DNA of 64,000 nt from Alphaproteobacteria bacterium (GCA_964291675.2 OZ219866.1:736001-800000), one strand, 5' to 3'; shown: positions 10,637-22,321, counted from the stretch's first letter. The notes: generated by a model not told the origin, from the sequence alone. A program made the numbers and translations.

Positions 10637-11542
10637 TCACGCGGCGCCGCCGGTGGCGAGGTCGCGGTGGGTGGCGGTGGCGGGCTGGCCCTGCCCGGCG
10701 AGCAGGGCGGCGAGCCTGTCGACGACGAACACCGAGCGGTGACGGCCGCCGGTGCAGCCGATGGCGATGGTCAGGTAGCTCTTGCCCTCGGCGCGGTAGC
10801 CGGGCAGGGCGGCGGCGAGCAGGGCGGCGAGCGCGTCGAAGAACGGCGCGAAGCCGGGATCGGCCTCGATGAAGGCGCCGACCGCCGCGTCGCGCCCGGT
10901 GAGCCCGGCGAGCTCCGGCCGGTAATGCGGGTTGGCGAGGAAGCGCACGTCGAACACGATGTCGGCCTCGGGCGGCAGCCCGTGGCGGTAGGAGAACGAC
11001 ATCAGCGAGACCGCCGGCGCCGGCGCTCCGTCGAGCCCGCAGATTGCGGCGAGGCGGTGCTTGAGCCCGGCATGGCTGAGGGCGGAGGTGTCGATCACCC
11101 CGGCCGCGCGGTCGCGCAGCGGCGCGAGCAGCACGCGCTCCCGGCCGATCGCCTCGATCAGCCGCCCGCGCTCGGCCAGCGGATGGCGCCGGCGGGTCGC
11201 GGAATAGCGCCGCCGCAAGACCTCGTCGCCGCAGTCGAGAAAGATCGTCCGGGCGGCCAGCGCCTCCATCCGGGCGGCGAAGCCGGCGACGGTGAAATCC
11301 CGCGTGCGGATGTCGATGCCGACCGCGAGCGGGCGCCGTTCCCGCCGACCGGCGCCGGCCAGCTCGTCGACCAGCGCGAGCGGCAAATTGTCGACGGTCT
11401 CGTAGCCCAGGTCTTCGAGCGCCTTCAGCGCCACCGTCTTGCCCGCCCCGGACATGCCGGTCAGGACGACGACGGGGGGCGGCGCGGTGTCGTCCGCCGG
11501 CGCCGGAGAGACGGCGACGGTGTCGTGCTCGGCGGCTGTCAT
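10637..11542 (-). CDS. rapZ: RNase adapter RapZ-like P-loop protein
   Basis: TGMSGAGKT, DNLP, FDVRFLANPHY and IGCTGGRHRSV motifs. Confidence 0.95.
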   Translation of the reverse strand: MTAAEHDTVAVSPAPADDTAPPPVVVLTGMSGAGKTVALKALEDLGYETVDNLPLALVDELAGAGRRERRPLAVGIDIRTRDFTVAGFAARMEALAARTIFLDCGDEVLRRRYSATRRRHPLAERGRLIEAIGRERVLLAPLRDRAAGVIDTSALSHAGLKHRLAAICGLDGAPAPAVSLMSFSYRHGLPPEADIVFDVRFLANPHYRPELAGLTGRDAAVGAFIEADPGFAPFFDALAALLAAALPGYRAEGKSYLTIAIGCTGGRHRSVFVVDRLAALLAGQGQPATATHRDLATGGAA

Positions 11543-11991
11543 CGCGCGCGCTCGGGGTTGCGGGCGTGCGCACTATCGGCCGCGGCGGCGCGGACGGCAA
11601 GCCGAACCTTGGCCGCCGCCGAGGCCTCGAACGGGGCGAGCCGGATCAGCGGCAGCGCGATCCCCTCGAAGCGGCGCTCCGCGGCGGCGGGGAGCCGCTC
11701 CGGGGGGCGGTCGGTCAGCAGCTCGACGGCGAGCCGGAGCGGCGCGGAATGCCGCCAGCCGACGGCGAGGATGCCGAGCCCCCGAACCTCGATCTTCCCG
11801 GCCAGGGCCGCCGGCGCGGCGGCTTCGAGGCGCCCGGCGGCGGCCCGGATATCGACCTGGTCGTCGGCGACCAGGACCGCGCCGCCGTCGATCAGCCTCA
11901 GCGCGAGGTCCGACTTGCCGCTCCCCGGCGGGCCGAGCAGCAGAACCCCGGCCCCGTCGACGGCAACGCAGCTCGCATGGACCAGGGCCAT
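11539..11991 (-). CDS. hprK: HPr kinase/phosphorylase (short alphaproteobacterial form)
   Basis: HASCV..GVLLLGPPGSGKSDLALRL, LVADD and IEVRGLGI motifs. Confidence 0.92.
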   Translation of the reverse strand: MALVHASCVAVDGAGVLLLGPPGSGKSDLALRLIDGGAVLVADDQVDIRAAAGRLEAAAPAALAGKIEVRGLGILAVGWRHSAPLRLAVELLTDRPPERLPAAAERRFEGIALPLIRLAPFEASAAAKVRLAVRAAAADSAHARNPERAR

Positions 11992-11994
11992 CGT

Positions 11995-13569
11995 TCACCC
12001 CGCGGGCAGGCGCACGGTGAAGCGCGCGCCGGCGATGCCGCCGTTCCCGTCATAGCGGTTGGACGCCGCGATCGAGCCGCGATGGGCCTCCACGATCTGC
12101 CGCGAGATCGCGAGCCCGAGCCCGGAATGGCCGCCGAACTCCTCGCCGGCGGGGCGCTGGCTGTAGAACCGCTCGAAGACCGAGTCGAGGTTTTCCTCCG
12201 GGATTCCGGGCCCCCGATCGTCGACGGTGACGGTGAGCGCGCCGTCCCCGCGCGCCGCGGAGATGCGGACCGGCGCGCCCGGCGGGCTGAACGAGAACGC
12301 GTTCGCGAGCAGGTTCTGGAACACCTGGACCAGCCGGCTCTCGACCCCGACGGTCGGCAGCGGTCCGTCCTCCAGCGCGAGCTCCAGCGCGTGCGATGCG
12401 TTCCCCCCGGCAGCGCCATGGACCTCGACGAGCGCCTGCAGCAGGCGGCCGAGGTCGATCTCGGTCATCTCGGCCCGCGCGAGCTCGGCATCGAGCCGCG
12501 AGGCGCTCGAAATGTCGGAGATCAGGCGGTCGAGCCGCCTCACGTCTTCCTGGACGATGGCCATCAGACGGCGCTGCTGCGCCGGGTCGGAAATCCGCGC
12601 GGCGGTCTCGACCGCGCTGGCCAGCGAGGTGAGGGGATTCTTGATCTCGTGCGACACGTCGGCCGCGAAACGCTCGACCGCCTCCATCCGGTTCCACAGA
12701 TCCGCCGTCATGTCGCGCAGCGCCGCCGAGAGATCCCCGATCTCGTCGCGCCGCGCCGTGAAGTCGGGGATTTTCAGATGCTCGTCGGCGCCGCCCTTGA
12801 CCCGCCGCGCCGCCTCGGCGAGCAGCTTTACCGGCCGGGTGATCGCGTTGGCAAGGTAGAGCGAGAGGATCACCGTCACCCCCAGCGCCACCGCGAACAC
12901 CTTGAGAATGCCGAGCCGCACGTCGCGCACCGCGGCCCGGATGTCGCCGCCGTCGGCGCTCAACATCAGCACGCCGAGCACCCGCTTGAAGCGCTGCACC
13001 GGGACCGCGGCGATCAGCACCATGTGTTCGTTCTCGTCGAAGCGCAGCGCGGCCCGCGGCGCGCCGGCGAGCGCGGCGCGCGCTTCGGCGTAATGGCCGG
13101 CGCGCTGGACCGCGCGCTCGGCGTAGGTCCGGGGCCGGGGACGGGACGGCAGGAGCTCGAAGACCCACTCGTAGGAGGCCACGATCAGCCGGGCGACGAG
13201 ACCCTCTTCGCCGGGCGGCGGCAACGCCTCCTCCTGGACCGGTGCGCCGGGCCCGACCATGTCGCGGCTGTCGGCGACCAGCGCGCCGTCGGCGCCGAAC
13301 AGCCGCGCCCTGGCGCGGGTCGGACCGACCAGGCGGCGGAGCATCGGCCGGGCGATCGCGGGCAGCAGCGCCTGGCCGCCGCCGTCGGCCCGTCCGGCCG
13401 CGCTCTCGCCCAGCGCGCCGGCGAAGATCTCCGCCTGGGTGTGCAGCGAAGCGAGCTCCGCCTCGACCAGCCCGTCCTCGTACTGGCCGAGGAAGAGCAG
13501 GCCTGCGACCAGCGCGCCGAGGGCCAGCATGTTGACCACCAGCACGCGCCGCGTGAGTGGCGAGATCAT
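11995..13569 (-). CDS. chvG: Sensor histidine kinase ChvG/ExoS
   Basis: SPLTRRVL N-terminus, two TM segments, HAMP, ADVSHEIKNPLTS and GHSGLGL; canonical chvI-chvG-hprK context. Confidence 0.93.
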   Translation of the reverse strand: MISPLTRRVLVVNMLALGALVAGLLFLGQYEDGLVEAELASLHTQAEIFAGALGESAAGRADGGGQALLPAIARPMLRRLVGPTRARARLFGADGALVADSRDMVGPGAPVQEEALPPPGEEGLVARLIVASYEWVFELLPSRPRPRTYAERAVQRAGHYAEARAALAGAPRAALRFDENEHMVLIAAVPVQRFKRVLGVLMLSADGGDIRAAVRDVRLGILKVFAVALGVTVILSLYLANAITRPVKLLAEAARRVKGGADEHLKIPDFTARRDEIGDLSAALRDMTADLWNRMEAVERFAADVSHEIKNPLTSLASAVETAARISDPAQQRRLMAIVQEDVRRLDRLISDISSASRLDAELARAEMTEIDLGRLLQALVEVHGAAGGNASHALELALEDGPLPTVGVESRLVQVFQNLLANAFSFSPPGAPVRISAARGDGALTVTVDDRGPGIPEENLDSVFERFYSQRPAGEEFGGHSGLGLAISRQIVEAHRGSIAASNRYDGNGGIAGARFTVRLPAG

Positions 13570-13617
13570 GGCGGCACCCTTGCTGGCCCGACCGCCCCGC
13601 GTGGCGGGCGCGGCGGT

Positions 13618-14316
13618 TCAATCCTCCCGGTAGCGGTAGCCTATGCCGTACAGCGTTTCAATATGGCTGAAATCCTCGTCCACCAGGCGGAACTTCTTGC
13701 GCAGCCGCTTGATGTGGCTGTCGATCGTGCGGTCGTCGACATAGATGTGCTCGCCATAGGCGGCGTCCATCAGCTGGTCGCGCGACTTGACATGGCCCGG
13801 CCTCAGCGCGAGCGCCTTGACGATGAGGAACTCGGTGACCGTCAGGTCGACCGGGTGGCCGCGCCAGGCGCAGAGATGGCGCGACTCGTCCAGGGTGAGA
13901 TCGCCGCGCACCAGCGCCGCGGCGGAAGCCTCGTCGAGGGCGCTGCCGCCCTTGCGGTGGCGCCTGAGCACGGTGCGAATGCGCTCCAGCAGAAGACGCT
14001 GCGAGAACGGCTTCTTGATGTAGTCGTCCGCGCCCATGCGCAGCCCCAGCAGCTCGTCGACCTCGTCGTCCTTCGAGGTGAGGAAGACGACCGGCATGTC
14101 GGAGCGCTCGCGCAGGCGCCGCAGCAGCTCCATCCCGTCCATGCGCGGCATCTTGACGTCGAGCAAGGCGAGGTCGGCGGGCTCGTCGGTGAGGCCCTGT
14201 AGCGCCGCGGCGCCGTCGGTGAAGCAGCGCACCGCGAAACCCTCGGCCTCCAGCAGCATCGACACCGAGGCGAGGATGTTGCGGTCGTCGTCGATCAATG
14301 CAATCCGTTCCGCCAC
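13618..14316 (-). CDS. chvI: Response regulator ChvI
   Basis: [24 protein letters not shown] and [16 protein letters not shown]; GTG start after GGGAAGGGG (alternative ATG at 14331). Confidence 0.95.
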   Translation of the reverse strand: MAERIALIDDDRNILASVSMLLEAEGFAVRCFTDGAAALQGLTDEPADLALLDVKMPRMDGMELLRRLRERSDMPVVFLTSKDDEVDELLGLRMGADDYIKKPFSQRLLLERIRTVLRRHRKGGSALDEASAAALVRGDLTLDESRHLCAWRGHPVDLTVTEFLIVKALALRPGHVKSRDQLMDAAYGEHIYVDDRTIDSHIKRLRKKFRLVDEDFSHIETLYGIGYRYRED

Positions 14317-14553
14317 GACACCCCTTCCCATGGGCGCAGGCCGTGCCGCACTGGGTTTAGATGGGGTCTCGAACGCCCACGGCAAGCCCGCGCCGGGCTG
14401 CCCCGCGAACCGGCCGGCCGCGCTCCGCCGCCGGTTGAACCGGCGGAGCGCAGGCACTAGTTTGCCGCGCAACGGACCCCCGCCGGCCGCGCGCGACGCC
14501 CGGTCGCGCCGGCAGGGTCGTGCCGTGTCCGCGCCCATCCCGGGAGGTCGAGA

Positions 14554-16164
<1,611 letters not shown>

Positions 16165-16220
16165 GATTAGACGCCAGCCGATGACCATACCCCTTCAGGC
16201 AATCCATCCGTCTGCTCGGC

Positions 16221-17054
16221 ATGGTGGGCGAACCTTGGACTGATGCGGAGAACGACCTGATCGTCGCGGACTACTTCGCGATGCTGGAGGCCGATCTCGC
16301 AGGACACGCCTACAACAAGGCCGAGCGCAACCGAAGCCTTCAAGCAAGAATTGGCCGCGGTCGCGGCTCGATCGAATACAAGCACCAAAACATCAGCGCG
16401 GTGTTGCGGGCGCTCGGCGAGACCTGGATTGTCGGCTACAAGCCGGCCTTCAACTTCCAAGTGTCGCTCGTCGCTGCCGTGGCGCGGTGGCTGGATCGTT
16501 TTCCACAATCCCTTGCGGCTTCGCCCGTGGGGTCGGGAACGCACCGTCTTCGGGAGACCACCCAGCTCTTCATCGGTCCGCCACCCACTGTCAGCAACCG
16601 GCCTCCGCCGGAAGAACTCGAACAGATGATGGCGATCGCGAGGAAGTTCGATGCCGCCGGCCGGGAGGAGCGCAACCGTGTCCTGGGGCGTGCCGGAGAG
16701 GAACGTGCGCTCGCGCATGAACGGGCAACACTCACTGCGGCAGGCCGGCCCGATCTGGCGAGCCGTGTGAAATGGGTGTCGGAGAAAGAAGGCGACGGGG
16801 CAGGATACGACATAGCGAGCTTTTCGCCCGAGGGGCAAGAACGGCTCATCGAGGTGAAGACCACGAACGGCTGGGAGCGCGCGCCCTTCCACATCACGCG
16901 GAACGAGTTGGCCGTCGCTGAGAAGCGGCACAGGGAGTGGTGCCTATTGAGGCTGTGGAACTTCGCCCGTGATCCCAAGGCGTTCGAGCTTCGCTGGCCT
17001 CTTGAGGCGCACGTGTCCCTGATAGCGACGAGCTTCGAGGCCAGACTGCACTGA
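16221..17054 (+). CDS. DUF3883-type PD-(D/E)xK nuclease with N-terminal helical domain
   Basis: LGRAGEE..GDGAGYDIASF..ERLIEVKTT..FHITRNE pattern; N-terminal SIEYKHQNISAVL; lower GC than flanks. Confidence 0.8.
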   Translation: MVGEPWTDAENDLIVADYFAMLEADLAGHAYNKAERNRSLQARIGRGRGSIEYKHQNISAVLRALGETWIVGYKPAFNFQVSLVAAVARWLDRFPQSLAASPVGSGTHRLRETTQLFIGPPPTVSNRPPPEELEQMMAIARKFDAAGREERNRVLGRAGEERALAHERATLTAAGRPDLASRVKWVSEKEGDGAGYDIASFSPEGQERLIEVKTTNGWERAPFHITRNELAVAEKRHREWCLLRLWNFARDPKAFELRWPLEAHVSLIATSFEARLH

Positions 17055-17109
17055 CAGGCGGACAGTTCGCTTCGGCGCGTGCAGCCGGCCATCGATCCTC
17101 TGGGCGCGC

Positions 17110-17397
17110 CTACCCCGCGACGACGCGCTCCACCTCGATGGTCCGTTCGAGATGACGCGACCGCGCGAGATCGAAGGCGAGTTGCATGCCGAGCCACGTT
17201 TCCGGGGTCGAGCCGAACGCTTTGCACAGCCGGTAGGCCATCTCGATGGAGACGGAGGACTTTTCGTTCACCAGGTTCGACAGCGTTTGCCGTCCGACGC
17301 CGAGCCGCTTGGCGCCCTCGGTCACCGACAGGTCGAGCGCCCGCAGGCAGTCCTCGCGCACGATCGCACCGGGATGTACCGGGTTATTCATCGCCAT
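17110..17397 (-). CDS. higA: HigA family antitoxin (XRE HTH)
   Basis: NPVHPGAIVREDCL..LSVTEGAKRLGVGRQTLSNLVN..PETWLGMQ. Confidence 0.9.
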   Translation of the reverse strand: MAMNNPVHPGAIVREDCLRALDLSVTEGAKRLGVGRQTLSNLVNEKSSVSIEMAYRLCKAFGSTPETWLGMQLAFDLARSRHLERTIEVERVVAG

Positions 17398-17408
17398 GTC
17401 ACGACCCT

Positions 17409-17682
17409 CTATTGGTCGTCGACGTAGTCCACGTCGACGGCATGTCCCGCTTCGAACCCGAAGGTCACCTGCCAGTTGGCGGAGACCGAAACGGTGTAGC
17501 GATCCCTGACACGGCCACGGAGGGGATGCATGCGGAAGCCGGGAAGGCTCATTCCTTCGGGACCGGCACTCCTGTCAAGCGCGGTGCAAGTGCGCAAGAG
17601 CTTGGGCACATGTGTCCGCGTTACCCGCGCGGATCGACCGTGTTTGTACAACTAGAGCGCGATGTCGAAACGTCTTGATCGC
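17409..17682 (-). pseudogene. higB: HigB/RelE-family toxin, frameshifted and lacking a start codon
   Basis: IKTFRHRAL (17679-17653) is out of frame with LYKHG..LPGFRMHPLRG..SVSANWQVTFGF..DVDYVD; codon before Ile is GCG. Confidence 0.7.
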
Positions 17683-17690
17683 CGACAGGC

Positions 17691-17719
17691 AGTGTATGGT
17701 GACAACCGGCACTGGTCAA
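17691..17719 (-). promoter_or_regulatory. Sigma70 promoter of the higBA locus
   Basis: TTGACC-N17-TACACT. Confidence 0.65.
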
Positions 17720-17791
17720 AGAGGCCGGCGCTTCGTGAGACGGTGAAAGCCGCGATGCAGGGCACGCGCCATACGGCGGACAGGCAAATCC

Positions 17792-17820
17792 TTGATTTTC
17801 CGCAGAACCGTAGCTACAAT
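17792..17820 (+). promoter_or_regulatory. Sigma70 promoter of dinJ-yafQ
   Basis: TTGATT-N17-TACAAT, 26 nt before the ATG. Confidence 0.65.
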
Positions 17821-17846
17821 GGCACCACAGATCGGGAGCGACCCCA

Positions 17847-18104
17847 ATGAGTGCCGATACCGTCGTGCGCGCGAGGATCGACAGCGACACCAAGGCTCGG
17901 GCCACCGAGGCGCTGCATGCCATGGGTCTCACGGTGTCGGATGCGATCCGGCTCCTGTTGCTTAGGGTGGCCGACGAAAAGCGCCTTCCGTTCGATGTGC
18001 AGGCGCCCAACGCCACCACCCGCAGGGCGATGAAGGAATTGGAGGCGGGCAAGGGCAAGCGGTTCGCGAGCGCTGAAGATCTGTTCGAGGACATCGGCGC
18101 TTGA
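17847..18104 (+). CDS. dinJ: RelB/DinJ family antitoxin
   Basis: VVRARIDSDTKARATEAL..MGLTVSDAIRLLL..LPFD..PNATT pattern. Confidence 0.9.
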   Translation: MSADTVVRARIDSDTKARATEALHAMGLTVSDAIRLLLLRVADEKRLPFDVQAPNATTRRAMKELEAGKGKRFASAEDLFEDIGA

Positions 18105-18105
18105 G

Positions 18106-18378
18106 GTGCTCGCGCCGGTCCGGTCCGCGCAATTCAAGCGGGACGTACGAAAAGCGCAACGGAGAGGCAAGGACCTGGCCAAGCTCCGCCCACCGTTGAC
18201 CGCTCTGATTCGACAGACCTCCTTGCCCACGCGCTACCGCGACCATCCGTTGCGGGGCGATTGGCAGGGCTATCGGGAAATCCATATCGAGCCCGATTGG
18301 CTGCTGATTTACCGTACCGAGGGAGAAGAGTTGCACCTGGTCCGCACCGGGTCCCACGCCGACCTGTTCCGGGAATAG
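18106..18378 (+). CDS. yafQ: YafQ family mRNA interferase toxin
   Basis: QFKRD, YRDHPLRGDWQGYREIHIEPDWLLIY and RTGSHADLF. Confidence 0.92.
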   Translation: MLAPVRSAQFKRDVRKAQRRGKDLAKLRPPLTALIRQTSLPTRYRDHPLRGDWQGYREIHIEPDWLLIYRTEGEELHLVRTGSHADLFRE

Positions 18379-18495
18379 AACAAGATCCGATCACCGGATG
18401 CTGTTGGCCCGGCGGGGATGGGCGCGACGGCGAGCCCGCTCATCCGAACCTCTGGCCGCGCTTGTCGCGGCCCCGCGGACCGCCGCGCCGCCCCC

Positions 18496-20991
18496 TCAGA
18501 ACCGCATGTTCAGGGTCAGGAAGAAGGTGCGGCCCCAGCCGGCTTCGGTTGGGCCGTCGACGCTGCTGGGGTTGGAGGTGTCGACCGAGAGACCGGAATC
18601 GGTGAGGTTGAACACGCCGGCCGTGACCCGCGCGCCGTCCAGCCCCAGCGGGTCGGCCCAGTCCAGCACCAAATCGTGGCCGGTCCAGGAGTCGAACTCT
18701 CCGGTGCCCGCCCGGTTCTCGTAGCCGGAGCGGTAATTGGCGGTCCAGATGGCGCTCAGCCCGCCGCGCCGCGCGAGGAACCCGACGCGGACCATGTTCT
18801 TCGCGATGGCGAGCCGGTCCTCTTCGCCGGCGATGCGCAGCTCCGCGTCGATGACGCGCCGCCAGGCGCCGCGCATGCCGACCACGCCCCAGCCGGTCCG
18901 GAAGCCGCCGCCGAACCGCGCGGTGACGCCCGAGAGCTCGCTGTCGACCACGTTCGCATAGCTGTCGCGGATGGTGATGTCCCCGCCGGTGCGTTCGATG
19001 CAGTCCGTCCTTTCGCCGCCCCTGCATTCGGGCAGGTTTTGCATCGCCCAGTCGGCGCTGTTCTGCCCCGCCCCGCCGGCGCTCGAGAGCCGGTACCATT
19101 CCACGCCGAGAAAGAACGGGCCCCGGCGGGCCTCGGCGCCGATGGCGATCCTCCGGGAGGTCGAGGGATCGAGGTCCGGGTTGCCCGTGGTCGTGCGCGT
19201 CACCTGCCGGGGGTTGGACTCCGGGCAGGTGCGGGGCGGGTCTCCGCCGCCCGGATCGCAATCGATATAGGGGTGGCCCTGGACCTCCGAGCTGTAGAGG
19301 CTCGACATGGAGGGCGATCTGTCTCCCTCGCCCCAGGAGGTGCGGAGCGTGATCGGGTCGACCGGCCGGTACTCGGCCGCGAAGCGCCACGAAGTCAGCC
19401 CGCCGATGTCGTCGTATTCGTCCGCGCGACCGCCCGCCCTGAGGTCCAGCTCGTCCAGCAGCGGCACGGACAGTTCGGCGAACGCGCCGACGGCCTTGCG
19501 GTCCCCGGCATAGCTCACCCCGCCCGAACCGAGCACGTCGGAAACCCGATGGGTCGTGCCGTCATTGGCGCGGAAGACCATGAGTTGATGCACGTCCGCA
19601 GTGCCGGCCTCGACCCCCGCGGTCCACGCGGCGTTGCGGCCGCCGATGGCGAAACCGGACCCTTCCAGCCCCAGCCGGGCTCCCAGGTGCTCCGACTTGG
19701 AATCGATCTCCTCCCGCAGGCTGGCGTTCCCGATGGCCCGCAAGTGCTCTGGCGCGTCGGAGAAGGGGTTTGCGAGGTCGTAGTTTCCCGCCTCGATTTC
19801 CTCCTTGATCCTGCCGCCGTGCACGAAGGTATCGCCGTCGAGGACGCCGTCCGACCGGAAGGCGGCGATTCGCGCGTCGTAGCCGAGACCCGCCGCGAGC
19901 CGCCCCTCGACGCGGACGGCGAGGTCGTATTCCTCGCTGTCCGTCCGCCAGTCCCGGTTGCCGAAGCCGACGAAACGATGCGCCGCGGCGAAATCGTCGT
20001 CTCCATCCGCCTGGAAGTCGGCGCCGGCCGCATCGTTGATCGCCTCCAGCAGGTCCGCGTTCCGCACCGCGTCGAGGTCGAGCGAGAACGAGCCGACCGA
20101 TGGCGCGTATCGGAACGCCCAGTCGCCCTGCAGGACTCTCGCATAGAGGTGGAGATCGGCGTCTTCGCCGAGCGGGTGGTCGAGGTTCAGGACCGCGCTC
20201 TTCTGGTCGTAGCGGGCGGTCTCCCACATGATCGCGCCGTAGGCGAAACCGCAGCCCTTGTCGCCGTTGCGGATTCCGGGCGGGTTGCCGAGCGGGCCGG
20301 TATAGCCGTGCGCCGGGTCGCAGTCGCCGAGCGCGACCGACCTGACGCCGGTCACGGCTCCCTCGTCGTCGCGCTGGACGACCCAGACGGTGTTGCCGCC
20401 GACGCTGACGTTCTGCGCCTCGTTGAAGGCGCCGCCTTCCCGCCAGGCGGAGCGGCTGTAGTCCCGGCTCCGCGAAGCGATTTCCTGGCGTTTGAAGTAG
20501 TCCGCGCCGATGGTCATGCGCCCCTTGCCGACCGCGCCGCCCCAGAACGCGCTGCCCTGCCAGCCGTCGCCGCCCTCGCGGCCCGGCATGCGGGCGAGCG
20601 CGCGGGTCTCGAAGCCGTCGAGATCGTTGCGCAGCACGACGTTGAGCGCGCCCCGCACCGCGCTGCCGCCGAGCGTGCCGAGGCTCTCGCCGCTCAGCAG
20701 CTCGATGCGCTCGATGGCCGAGATCGGCAGGCCGTCCAGGTCGCTTGAGGTGGTGGCGTAGGGCGTGCCGTCGATCAGCACGAGCAGCGACTGGCCTCCC
20801 GTGAGGAAGTAGCGGACGATGCCGGTGTCCAGCAGCTCCTGCAGGGTCTGGGAGCCGGACCGCTCGAGAAAGGCGCGCTCGTACTTGGCGATGACGCGCG
20901 GCTTGGGCGCGAGCGGGCCGGCATGGGCCGTCTGCGTCGCCAGTATTGCGGCGACCGCGAGCGAGGCCAGAAAGGCATTAATTTTTTTCAT
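18496..20991 (-). CDS. TonB-dependent outer-membrane receptor
   Basis: Signal peptide MKKINAFLASLAVAA..AHA; plug remnant LVLIDG..LPISAIERIELL..GALNVVL; C-terminal GVFNLTD..GRTFFLTLNMRF ending in Phe. Confidence 0.85.
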   Translation of the reverse strand: MKKINAFLASLAVAAILATQTAHAGPLAPKPRVIAKYERAFLERSGSQTLQELLDTGIVRYFLTGGQSLLVLIDGTPYATTSSDLDGLPISAIERIELLSGESLGTLGGSAVRGALNVVLRNDLDGFETRALARMPGREGGDGWQGSAFWGGAVGKGRMTIGADYFKRQEIASRSRDYSRSAWREGGAFNEAQNVSVGGNTVWVVQRDDEGAVTGVRSVALGDCDPAHGYTGPLGNPPGIRNGDKGCGFAYGAIMWETARYDQKSAVLNLDHPLGEDADLHLYARVLQGDWAFRYAPSVGSFSLDLDAVRNADLLEAINDAAGADFQADGDDDFAAAHRFVGFGNRDWRTDSEEYDLAVRVEGRLAAGLGYDARIAAFRSDGVLDGDTFVHGGRIKEEIEAGNYDLANPFSDAPEHLRAIGNASLREEIDSKSEHLGARLGLEGSGFAIGGRNAAWTAGVEAGTADVHQLMVFRANDGTTHRVSDVLGSGGVSYAGDRKAVGAFAELSVPLLDELDLRAGGRADEYDDIGGLTSWRFAAEYRPVDPITLRTSWGEGDRSPSMSSLYSSEVQGHPYIDCDPGGGDPPRTCPESNPRQVTRTTTGNPDLDPSTSRRIAIGAEARRGPFFLGVEWYRLSSAGGAGQNSADWAMQNLPECRGGERTDCIERTGGDITIRDSYANVVDSELSGVTARFGGGFRTGWGVVGMRGAWRRVIDAELRIAGEEDRLAIAKNMVRVGFLARRGGLSAIWTANYRSGYENRAGTGEFDSWTGHDLVLDWADPLGLDGARVTAGVFNLTDSGLSVDTSNPSSVDGPTEAGWGRTFFLTLNMRF

Positions 20992-21205
20992 CGGACAAAA
21001 ACTCCGCTTGGGCACAGTCATTGATAGCGCCGATCCGTGTCCGCGCAAGCACTGTTTCAGCGGCCAGGTAGCGGCAGAGAGCGGCGCCGCGCGCCGCCGT
21101 CGTGGCACAGCCCGGGCTCGCCGCGCGGAGCGGGCGACTGGCCGGTGGGAAGGAAATGCCCTTTGCGGCCAAGATCGCGCCCGGTACGCATGACGGCTGG
21201 CGGGC

Positions 21206-22321
21206 TCAGAGATCGAGCCGGTCGAGGATCCAGTTGTCGATCGCGTGCACCAGCGGCTCGCGGTGGGAGAACCTTCCGGCCCGGGCGAGCGGCGAGGCGA
21301 GCCCGGCGAACTGGCGCTCGGCGATCTCGTTGTCCTCGGCGATCGCAGTCTCGAAACGCCGGTAGTAGCGCCGGACGACGCTGTCGAAATCGGGCCTCGC
21401 CGCGGTCTCGCGCGGGAAGCAGATGGCGACCACGTTGCGCACCCGGTCGGGCCCGTCGGGCAGCATCTGCTTGAACCACATCGAATCGACGTCGCAGCCG
21501 ATCATCGTCGCCGGGTAGACCAGGAGATATTGCGAGCCCCGCGCCGCCGGGCCGGCGAGCGTCGGGATCGGCGGGAAGCCCTGGGCGCCCTTGAGCAGCG
21601 CCCGGGTCCGCCCGCCCGAATCGGACTGCACGAGGACGTACTCGCCGGGCGCACCGCGGACCACGGTCTTCCCGATCGAGGGGTCGTTGACCGAGCTGCG
21701 GTGGACGGTCGCGTGATGGAAGGACTCCATCGAGTTCTCGACATAGCTCTTCCAGTTGGTGCGGACGGAATACTCGGCGCGCCGCACGGTCACCATGTCC
21801 CCGAGCCCGTAGGATTCGAGGTGGCGGCCGAGATCACCCAGATGGTCGGCGAGCGGCGCGCAGCCGGGATCGAAATTGACGAAGGCGAAGCCCTGCCAGC
21901 AGCCGAGCGGGAGCTCGACCAGCCCGTACTCCGCGGGGTCGAAGTTGCGCGCCCGCTCCATCCCGTTGGCGAAGTCGAGCCGGCCGTCGATGCCGTAGGT
22001 CCAGCCGTGATAGGGGCAGACGATGCGTTCGCAGCGCCCTTCGCCGTCGAGCAGCCTGGCGCCGCGATGCCGGCAGCTGTTGGCAAAGGCGCGGAGCCGC
22101 GCTTCGCCGTCGCGGATGACGAGATATTCGACGCCCGCCAGGTTCAGCGCCGCGTAGTCGCCGGGCTCCGGCCAGTAATCGGCGCGCCCGATCAGGTTCC
22201 AGCAGCGCAGGAAGATGCGCTCGACCTCGCGCCGGTAAAACGCTTCCGCGGTGTAGCACTCGGGCGGCAGGGTCTCGGCCTCGGCAAGCGGCCGCCGCAC
22301 CGCCCGGAAGTCCATCTCCAT
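21206..22321 (-). CDS. Rieske non-heme iron oxygenase alpha subunit (choline monooxygenase-like)
   Basis: CRHRG..CPYHGW Rieske motif; NWK..ENSMESFHHATVH Fe site; IAEDNEI. Confidence 0.9.
   Translation of the reverse strand: MEMDFRAVRRPLAEAETLPPECYTAEAFYRREVERIFLRCWNLIGRADYWPEPGDYAALNLAGVEYLVIRDGEARLRAFANSCRHRGARLLDGEGRCERIVCPYHGWTYGIDGRLDFANGMERARNFDPAEYGLVELPLGCWQGFAFVNFDPGCAPLADHLGDLGRHLESYGLGDMVTVRRAEYSVRTNWKSYVENSMESFHHATVHRSSVNDPSIGKTVVRGAPGEYVLVQSDSGGRTRALLKGAQGFPPIPTLAGPAARGSQYLLVYPATMIGCDVDSMWFKQMLPDGPDRVRNVVAICFPRETAARPDFDSVVRRYYRRFETAIAEDNEIAERQFAGLASPLARAGRFSHREPLVHAIDNWILDRLDL

Noticed and set aside
20992-21205. Cobalamin riboswitch before the TonB receptor (ACTGGCCGGTGGGAAGG resembles part of a B12 element)
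   Set aside because: On the wrong strand and lacking the other conserved segments.
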